Of a DNA stretch of 64,000 nucleotides, positions 56,994-64,000 are shown one piece after another (positions within the stretch are counted from its first letter, which is position 1; each line of letters opens with the position of its first letter). Source of the DNA: a virus (Duplodnaviria; Caudoviricetes); IMG/VR virus record IMGVR_UViG_3300035208_007155, positions 1 to 64,000 of that record; one strand, 5' to 3'. Under the pieces are notes generated by a model, which saw only the letters and a program-made list of their open reading frames with translations, had not been told where the DNA came from and ran no database searches. Both the position numbers and the translations under genes were made by a program.

Positions 56994-58940
56994 CTATCTC
57001 TTTGGACAGGGAATTATCGCAAAGCAAGGCGGATCATCAGCATCAGAGTCAGCTAATTTCCCAAGATCAAAATGCACTGGAATAGGTCCACCCCTGTATA
57101 CAAGTGGTACTTCGAGATTTTCTGGAATCTTTAAATAAATTTCACTGGGCAATTGTCCCTTTAATTCAATTGCAGAAGGGATGCCAGTTACTTGAATAGT
57201 GTCAGGAATATCTGATGCGTCTATCATAATAATTGATGGCAAATTCATTGGTTGTAAAGCAATAGTCGTAGGCAAGGCTGAGCTATCAATTTTAATTACT
57301 TGTGGCAACTCTTTTGCGTCCAATCTAATAGAATCTGGTATATTCCCAATAATCTTGATTTCTGTGGGTAGCGGTATTTCTGGTCCTTGTATATTGATAG
57401 TTCTGGGAAGATTTGGAGAAACCACTTCAATTACTTGGGGCAAATCATGTTGAAGCGTTATTTGTTTAAATTCCGGCACCATTATTTTAATTTCCGTGGG
57501 TATGCCCAGGGCTTGAGGTGTTGGTATTGTAATAACTGGATTGTCTTCAAATGTGTCTAAATTAGCAGCAAATGGTACTGCTACCTTTGTGGGAGCAAAG
57601 GCAGCAGGAGCAACACAAGACACCTTGATCGTACAATCACACGCTCCCCAATTTACATTAATAGTCGGTGTAGTGCCCCAATCAACGCTTATGGGGTTAA
57701 TTGGGGGAACAATCAGCGAGATATTTGAGATTGGTGGAATAATCAGCGAGGGATTTATTATGCTGATTGTGGGAACACTAATGGAAATCGTGGGGAAGCT
57801 AATGGAAGCAAACGAAATCGTAGGGAAGCTAATGGAAGCAAACGAAATCGTGGGGAAGCTAATGGAAGCAAACGAAATCGTGGGGAAGCTAATGGAAGCA
57901 AACGAAATCGTGGGGAAGCTAATGGAAGCAAACGAAATCGTGGGGAAGCTAATGGAAGCAAACGACACTGTTGGAAATTCAACCGAAGCAAATGAAATAA
58001 CAGATGGAATAAAACATGATATAATTGAAATAGGACAAATCTCTACACTTATGCTCACGTTGATTGGGGGCATAGAAAAAGAAAAAGCAGGAATAGAAAT
58101 AGCAGGCATAGAAATGCAAATACTTGGCAAAATAATTTGCGGGAACGTAAGTGTGAGACTTGGTAATTCAAATGAGGGAATGTTGATAGGTGGCAATTCA
58201 GGAATTACACACAAAGGAATGCTAAAAGGTGTTGTTGGAGGAATGTCCAAATAACCACCTGTGGTTCGATCTGCGGGTGTTTGAATTGTTAGGCAAGAAT
58301 CACTTTCTATTGCTACAATTGGATCAATGTTAGCATTGGGCGGATAAGTATGCGTTCCTGTTAGGCTTGTTGATGTACTGCCATCACCAAAGTTTATTGT
58401 AACTGTGGTGTAATTTCCAGCAACATCTACTGTATAAGTTGCTTGTGTTTCGCCACACACCACGGCAGGTGCTATATCGAACATTAAAGTAACGTTTGCA
58501 CAGTTGAAGTCATCAACACAAACGGCCTCATTTTCCAACAACTCCAGATCAGCATTGAGGTCTAGTAGGAAGCTCTCAAGACTCATTATGGCATCTACTA
58601 GTTGATTATGATGCTCGGCTATTACATAGCTTCTCACCCATGTGCCAGCAGCATTGAATCTGGTTTGGTTTCCTCCGATATTCCGAGCACAACCTTTTAA
58701 TTTTATTACTTTGCCATCAATATCTTTGCCTACTGAATCATAATAAAAAAGCTCCCCAGAAATGTTGCCATATCCATTATCGGCCCATATTTCATTTGAT
58801 GTTATTGCATCTATTTCTATTTCCTCGGCCCAGGGTTGATTATCAACAGACAGCTTTGTTTCTGTGGTGTTGTACACCAAGAACAAGGTTCTGTCGGAAT
58901 CTAATTTGATCGGATATACAGGAACAGGAGGAAATGCCAT
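56994..58940 (-). CDS. PKD-domain virion protein with Ile/Pro/Ser repeats
   Basis: INFGDG...HTY; (ISFASISFPT)n; N-terminal domain shared with neighbours. Confidence 0.75.
   Translation of the reverse strand: MAFPPVPVYPIKLDSDRTLFLVYNTTETKLSVDNQPWAEEIEIDAITSNEIWADNGYGNISGELFYYDSVGKDIDGKVIKLKGCARNIGGNQTRFNAAGTWVRSYVIAEHHNQLVDAIMSLESFLLDLNADLELLENEAVCVDDFNCANVTLMFDIAPAVVCGETQATYTVDVAGNYTTVTINFGDGSTSTSLTGTHTYPPNANIDPIVAIESDSCLTIQTPADRTTGGYLDIPPTTPFSIPLCVIPELPPINIPSFELPSLTLTFPQIILPSICISMPAISIPAFSFSMPPINVSISVEICPISIISCFIPSVISFASVEFPTVSFASISFPTISFASISFPTISFASISFPTISFASISFPTISFASISFPTISFASISFPTISISVPTISIINPSLIIPPISNISLIVPPINPISVDWGTTPTINVNWGACDCTIKVSCVAPAAFAPTKVAVPFAANLDTFEDNPVITIPTPQALGIPTEIKIMVPEFKQITLQHDLPQVIEVVSPNLPRTINIQGPEIPLPTEIKIIGNIPDSIRLDAKELPQVIKIDSSALPTTIALQPMNLPSIIMIDASDIPDTIQVTGIPSAIELKGQLPSEIYLKIPENLEVPLVYRGGPIPVHFDLGKLADSDADDPPCFAIIPCPKR
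57784..57965. repeat. 30-bp tandem repeat, 6 copies
   Basis: Unit GAAATCGTGGGGAAGCTAATGGAAGCAAAC, with one variant base in the array. Confidence 0.9.
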
Positions 58941-58944
58941 ATTA

Positions 58945-61245
58945 TTAGTACATACCCATTAAAAATTGAGTTTTTGCTACATCCCATCCAGGTCTTGGCC
59001 CAATATTATAAAAAGCCAAGTCTAGACTGCTGAATTTTGTAAAAGCATAAGGGCTATAATCATAACTTAAATAGGCTTGACGATCTCCGTCTGTCGTAGC
59101 CAAAAGTGTGTTTGTAAAATTTCCAAATTCAGTAACAGAAGTATCTTGTAGGGATCGGAAGGTAGCTGATGTGGCACTCGCACCTCCTGTTTCCCATGTA
59201 TTAGAACTTGTGTTATATGCTGAAATATTTCCGCTATTATTAAAGAAAAACAAGCCATCAGATAATGCCACCAATTGTCCTTCTGTTTTAACAGGACCAG
59301 TCATATCAGTAAGTTTGGTGATTGTTTGAAATTCATTGCCAAGGGTGCCTTCTGTTTTGTAGAAACTATTTAACCTAAAATAAGCACCCACACTTCCATT
59401 TCTGATAAAGTAGCCAGCACTATCCTTCCAAGCGGATCGATAAACAGCAAAATAGCCATTATCGGGAACACCCATTGCAGTATAATGAGACGCATATTCT
59501 ATTAAATCCTGGGCACCATTTGTATAATTGGATAGCGTCAAAGCATTTTGTGCATAAGTACGAGTAAGAAGGTCATAATCGGTTTTTGTTTGACCAGAGT
59601 AATTGTGAAAAGGCACAGTTCCTTGATTATAATCTGCCCCAAATACAAAATAGCTTTTCGTAGGAGAGTTTAAATTAACCCAATTCCAAGATTGACAAAT
59701 AGGAAGTTGAGCAGCGTAGGTGTCAGCAAATCCATTAAATTCAATTATTTTGATTTCATGATCTGTTGCGAAAGTACCAGGAGGTGGTGTGGCACATCCT
59801 TGGCTTGCCCAATAAATATTAGCCGATCCAGCAGACCCTGAAGGAGTGGTATTCGTTGGATTGAATCCAATATTTCGCCTGAATTCCGTTTTGGCTTGCC
59901 ATTCATTGTTGCTGCCGTCCAAAAAGGTTTCGCTTCTTATAACGTCGAAAGTATTTGTGCCAGTTTTGAATGTTTCGCTAAGTAACCCAAATTCATTGGC
60001 TGTGGCATTTCCGCTCTTGGTCAAATAATTTAATGGAGCATAACTAGAATAAGTTATATGATCTGAATCCATTGTCCATAACCAAATATTTTGGCTTTCT
60101 ACCATGTCAATACAATTGTTGTATTTGGTAATTCTATAAGCTCCGCAAGTAGTATCTGTTCTTAAAATTAAATCATAAATACCACCTATGCTGTAGAGAG
60201 CTTGAGCACCACTTTGGCTGGAGTGCGTTAAATCATCTCCTAAAGACCATGTATATTCTTCAATTGGGTCTATGGGTGTAGTACCAATAACTTCTTCTCC
60301 CGCATATGTTTTGCCAGTAGCTGGATTAACACCAGTAGGAATCGCCATTGTCACTAAAGTATCTGTTGCTGATCTAATTGTTGGCGATGTTGTATAGGGA
60401 CCGCCTGTTGGCACACCCGCTGTTACTATCTGCCCCGCAGCAGCCACAAAATCAATAATTGCCTCATCAGGAGCAGCTATACGGGCATTAATAAAGTTTG
60501 GCAATATTACTGTATTTGAACCATAGGCATTACTGACAGTAAGAGTGACATCAAAGTGCGATGGTGTTAAATAGGTGTGTGAAATATACTTATCGGTAGT
60601 TACAGATATATCAGATATATTAGAAATTCCCGACACATGGGAAATTCCACCATCACCAAAATCCCAAGTATATACAACAGCACCATCTCCTAAACGAAAA
60701 CTTTCGTCATGAAACACAACGGTAAAAGGCGTCAATCCTATTGTCCGATTAGCAGAAAACCAAGCTTTTGGCGTGAAAACTAGTTTCAGCAAAAAATTTA
60801 ATCTACCCACAATAGTTTCGCCAAAAGGAGTAGCATCTGTAGTGCCTTTTACACCCACAAAAGTTTCTACTGCAATAATGGCATTTTTTATAACATTGTG
60901 GTGCCGATCCATTACATTCATCGTAATGTTGGTGAAATTCTTTGGTTTTAAGACATTGGTAAATTCTGGCAATATTTCCAAATCATTAAAAGTAGTGTCT
61001 GTTCTTGATCCATAATAAAAAGAAATAGCTCGTTCATCAATATCGCTGCACTGCTCAGTAAGGGTAATCACACCAGTTGGTGGGAAAAAAACTATTACAC
61101 CACTATTGTCATATATTGAAATACTGGTATCCCCTGGTTTGTAGTCCTCTGCTAATGTTACTCGCAAAGAGTCATGAACCAAATATAAATTGGTGTCATT
61201 ATCTAGAGATGTGGGAAAACTACTTGTTACACTTGGTATAGACAT
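58945..61245 (-). CDS. PKD-domain virion (tail) protein
   Basis: WDFGDG; VTLTVSN; WSLGD. Confidence 0.8.
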   Translation of the reverse strand: MSIPSVTSSFPTSLDNDTNLYLVHDSLRVTLAEDYKPGDTSISIYDNSGVIVFFPPTGVITLTEQCSDIDERAISFYYGSRTDTTFNDLEILPEFTNVLKPKNFTNITMNVMDRHHNVIKNAIIAVETFVGVKGTTDATPFGETIVGRLNFLLKLVFTPKAWFSANRTIGLTPFTVVFHDESFRLGDGAVVYTWDFGDGGISHVSGISNISDISVTTDKYISHTYLTPSHFDVTLTVSNAYGSNTVILPNFINARIAAPDEAIIDFVAAAGQIVTAGVPTGGPYTTSPTIRSATDTLVTMAIPTGVNPATGKTYAGEEVIGTTPIDPIEEYTWSLGDDLTHSSQSGAQALYSIGGIYDLILRTDTTCGAYRITKYNNCIDMVESQNIWLWTMDSDHITYSSYAPLNYLTKSGNATANEFGLLSETFKTGTNTFDVIRSETFLDGSNNEWQAKTEFRRNIGFNPTNTTPSGSAGSANIYWASQGCATPPPGTFATDHEIKIIEFNGFADTYAAQLPICQSWNWVNLNSPTKSYFVFGADYNQGTVPFHNYSGQTKTDYDLLTRTYAQNALTLSNYTNGAQDLIEYASHYTAMGVPDNGYFAVYRSAWKDSAGYFIRNGSVGAYFRLNSFYKTEGTLGNEFQTITKLTDMTGPVKTEGQLVALSDGLFFFNNSGNISAYNTSSNTWETGGASATSATFRSLQDTSVTEFGNFTNTLLATTDGDRQAYLSYDYSPYAFTKFSSLDLAFYNIGPRPGWDVAKTQFLMGMY

Positions 61246-62334
61246 TTATAGTACCATCAATTGATCTGTTAAAAATACTCTTTTATACGATTGGTCTGCA
61301 AATACACAAATTAGTGTGGGAATATAATTCCCTGGCAAGGCATATATGTGTTCCGCCACATGTACGTTAGGATCATCAATTGTTGTGCTATTTCCATCGC
61401 CAAAATCCCAAAATCTCTGCGAAATAGTTCCAGTTGTTTGATCTATAAAAACAAAAGTGGCGGGCACACCCCCGTGTGCAATAGCTGTTTTTTGGGAATA
61501 AGCAGGCAAAGAAGGGTTTTTTTGTTGTGTGTAAAAAAAAGACTCAATATATTGGTCATCCACCGTTATGTAGTTATTTTTCGTTACAATACCCTGCCCT
61601 CCACTTGATGTAATGATATTTAAAGTTATTGTGTAAGTTCCCTCGGCATTGTAGACATGTGTTATATTTTCCTCTACAGAAGTAGTTCCATCTCCAAAAT
61701 CCCATAAATAACGAAGAACATTACTGTTAGAAAGATTTTGAAACCTTACTGTCAATGGAGACTTGCCCTGTCTTGGATAAGCTCTAAATAATGGACTGGG
61801 AGCTAAGAACTTAGATTCCATTGCTTCCAGTCTGCCATTCAAAGAAGTCTCAGATGGATTTTCTTTGGTGCCTACAAAAGTTTCTATATTAATCATTGCA
61901 TCTTTTATGGCATTGTGTTGCTCTGCAAAAACAGCACAACTAACAGCCGTGTCCTTTGACCACTGACTTTGGCGAGTGCCACAAAATCCTCTTTGTAAAG
62001 ATTTAAACACATTTGCTGTGCGTTCTCCATAGTAAACCATTTCGGCAACACCGGGGACTCCAGGCACACCAGAGGTATTTAGCAAATCAGGAGTTTCCTC
62101 AAAAGCTGGCACCTTTGCATTGGCTGGACCTATTCTTAATAACCCCTTGGCCGGAAAAGATGTGGCATCTTCCACCACAATATAAGTGCTATTTAATGGA
62201 AGCGTTAGTTTTAAAGTGGTTGCTGCGTTATTTTTAACCTCATAAAGCGTATCTTTAGTATCAACTGTTTCTGGAAAAACAGACAAATCCCCCGCTTGAT
62301 AAGAATCGTCTAATGATGATATTCTGCTACTCAC
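61246..62334 (-). CDS. Two-PKD-domain virion protein
   Basis: Two WDFGDG motifs; PLTVRF; GTYTITL. Confidence 0.8.
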   Translation of the reverse strand: MSSRISSLDDSYQAGDLSVFPETVDTKDTLYEVKNNAATTLKLTLPLNSTYIVVEDATSFPAKGLLRIGPANAKVPAFEETPDLLNTSGVPGVPGVAEMVYYGERTANVFKSLQRGFCGTRQSQWSKDTAVSCAVFAEQHNAIKDAMINIETFVGTKENPSETSLNGRLEAMESKFLAPSPLFRAYPRQGKSPLTVRFQNLSNSNVLRYLWDFGDGTTSVEENITHVYNAEGTYTITLNIITSSGGQGIVTKNNYITVDDQYIESFFYTQQKNPSLPAYSQKTAIAHGGVPATFVFIDQTTGTISQRFWDFGDGNSTTIDDPNVHVAEHIYALPGNYIPTLICVFADQSYKRVFLTDQLMVL

Positions 62335-62974
62335 TTTTAATTTCCATTTGTTTCTTTTTTGTATTTAGTGCCTGTAAAAATTGTTGCTTTACGGGCATGT
62401 CATCCATTAAACTCATGGTTGTACGAGCCAAATCTACGTCGGCTGGTTGTCCTGTTAAAGCCCTCATTTGAAACTCTTGAGTAATCTTTTCGTTCCAAAA
62501 TTCCTTTTGCGAAGCTAAATCATCATATGGTTTCAATTTTCCGTTTTTCTCCAAAGAAACAAATGCCTCGTAAAAGAATGCCGCCTCCTCTTGGGTTTCC
62601 ATTAATTTTTTTTCTAAAGTTGCAATCTGGGCATGACCGGCTTTGCGTGTTCGCTCTAATTTGCGAAGCCTAATTTCTTTCTCCCTCTTATTTAGTTCTT
62701 CCATCCCATTTTCTTGTGGAAAGTCGGGTATTTGCAATCTCTCCATCTCAATATCTAATAACTCTAAATTGTCTTTGCACTCCTCTATTTCCATCAACAT
62801 TGCATCTACTGCATCTCGTCGCACATATAATTCCCGCATACATCGCCATAATTTCGATTGATGCGTGGGTTCTTTATTAATAATGAAATACTTCATTTGA
62901 AAGAAACTGTGTCGATTTACCACGTCTCTCGTATCTAAAAGTTCGCATATTTCTTTATAAACATCTCTTGACAT
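62327..62974 (-). CDS. Hypothetical coiled-coil protein
   Basis: ORF heading the PKD operon. Confidence 0.7.
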   Translation of the reverse strand: MSRDVYKEICELLDTRDVVNRHSFFQMKYFIINKEPTHQSKLWRCMRELYVRRDAVDAMLMEIEECKDNLELLDIEMERLQIPDFPQENGMEELNKREKEIRLRKLERTRKAGHAQIATLEKKLMETQEEAAFFYEAFVSLEKNGKLKPYDDLASQKEFWNEKITQEFQMRALTGQPADVDLARTTMSLMDDMPVKQQFLQALNTKKKQMEIKSE

Positions 62975-63032
62975 TGATCTATCCTTTTGTTAAATTTAAT
63001 AGAGTAATGGGGTGAAATATAGAGGAATTAAA

Positions 63033-63545
63033 ATGGGATATCTTGCTGGTAAAAAACTTTATCTTAGTGGGGCTATCGAGCATGCTGATCCTAAGGATAA
63101 TTGGCGAATAGAGCCAATGCATGTGTTTAAAGAATGGTTCAACATTGATGTGTTTGATCCATACTCCGATCCAAAACAACAGTGGTTCTTACCCCTTGTT
63201 GAAGCTAAAAAACAGCGTGATTTCGACAAAATGGCAGACATAGCCAAACGTTTCGTCCGAAAAGACCTGCAACAGGTTCAAAAATCCAATATTGTCGTCG
63301 CCTATCTTCCCAAGGATGTTCGCACCACAGGCACACATCACGAAATCATAGAAGCCAATGACTTAAAAATACCAACCTTGTTGGTGTCTGAACGCAAGGA
63401 AGAGGTTCCATTGTGGTATTATGGATTCATTGACCACAAATACATGTTTGATGGCTGGGTCAGTTTATATGATTATCTGAGGGAAGTCGATGCAGGAGAC
63501 CACAAGGATGATTTTCTTTGGGCTTTTGTTTATGGACTAATTTAA
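63033..63545 (+). CDS. Nucleoside 2-deoxyribosyltransferase-like protein
   Basis: YLSGAI; WR; FDP; KDL..V..S.IVVA; GT.HEI. Confidence 0.8.
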   Translation: MGYLAGKKLYLSGAIEHADPKDNWRIEPMHVFKEWFNIDVFDPYSDPKQQWFLPLVEAKKQRDFDKMADIAKRFVRKDLQQVQKSNIVVAYLPKDVRTTGTHHEIIEANDLKIPTLLVSERKEEVPLWYYGFIDHKYMFDGWVSLYDYLREVDAGDHKDDFLWAFVYGLI

Positions 63546-63838
63546 TGAGAAACATATATTTAATATTTCCGAAAGACAGGGTTGGCGACGAACCAGCTAT
63601 GGCTGGTGTTGTGGTGGCTGATTACGATAAAGCCATACAAGAGGAAGGTCCAGATTTTTTGGACGAACCCTTGATTTTTACTGACTTCCTATCAGTAATA
63701 CTAACGCTTCAAGAAGCTGAAATTGTTCAAGTATATGTTACTTGTCCTCGTTTCCAGCCAGAGGATGGCGTAAAAGAGAAGGCAGAAGCTGTTTTGCGAA
63801 AACTTGGATTTGATGTTTTAGAGCATTTGAGTCCCTAA
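63545..63838 (+). CDS. Hypothetical protein
   Basis: TAATG coupling to the upstream gene. Confidence 0.55.
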   Translation: MRNIYLIFPKDRVGDEPAMAGVVVADYDKAIQEEGPDFLDEPLIFTDFLSVILTLQEAEIVQVYVTCPRFQPEDGVKEKAEAVLRKLGFDVLEHLSP

Positions 63839-64000
63839 AATTGCTTTAAATCTTGTTCCTTGTTCTATCGCATGAGCCGCCCACCAAAGTTTCGACTCAA
63901 CCAAAGACTCACCATCAGAAAAATCTCCAACTGCCTTAAATGTTTTTTGGTGAATAAAAGTCCCATTCAGACTGGCATCTGGAAACTTGTTTTTAATGTT
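63818..64000 (-). CDS. 3' end of a hypothetical protein (truncated by the window edge)
   Basis: Open frame NIKNKF...TFKAVGDF...ILGTQML*, reminiscent of a GT-A C-terminus. Confidence 0.5.
   Translation of the reverse strand, partial: NIKNKFPDASLNGTFIHQKTFKAVGDFSDGESLVESKLWWAAHAIEQGTRFKAILGTQML

Noticed and set aside
57784-57965. 30-bp repeats as a CRISPR array
   Set aside because: Head-to-tail with no spacers, and an in-frame coding repeat. The same applies to the 21-bp repeat at 49478.
57541-58254. Plus-strand ORF with EIVGKLMEAN repeats
   Set aside because: Antisense reading of the 30-bp repeat inside a PKD gene that belongs to a minus-strand operon.
1-64000. Stop-codon reassignment, tRNA or rRNA genes
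   Set aside because: Core genes are full length in the standard code and all three stop codons terminate genes. No cloverleaf or rRNA-like segment was recognised by eye; tRNAscan was not run.

Overview
This 64 kb, AT-rich window comes from a large T4-like (probably jumbo) tailed phage and reads in the standard genetic code. It holds the head/packaging module on the minus strand: large terminase, portal with an intein, a 572 aa head-operon protein, gp21-like protease, scaffold and gp23-like major capsid protein. It also has a 5'-truncated Ser-Gly-X collagen-like fibre with an SGNH esterase domain, poly-Ser and PKD-domain virion proteins, and many glycan-modifying enzymes. Other genes include a primase, a PD-(D/E)XK nuclease, a DNA methylase, several free-standing homing endonucleases, an actin-like ATPase, two proteases and a run of small accessory genes. 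Five observations stand out. (1) Three unrelated small proteins end in the same C-terminal tag, DWFxEAF*, in a gene run leading into an ATP-grasp ligase. (2) A dispersed set of proteins starts with a T4 capsid-targeting-like N-terminus, including an Acb1-like 2H phosphoesterase and an Arr-like ADP-ribosyltransferase. (3) A TATATA/TAAATA late-promoter motif often lies only a few nt from start codons, and one palindromic copy sits between two divergent ATGs. (4) Poly-Ser proteins plus many glycosyltransferases suggest virion glycosylation. (5) A stand-alone PilB/GspE N-terminal domain lies behind a consensus early promoter. All family calls come from reading motifs by eye; no database searches were run.
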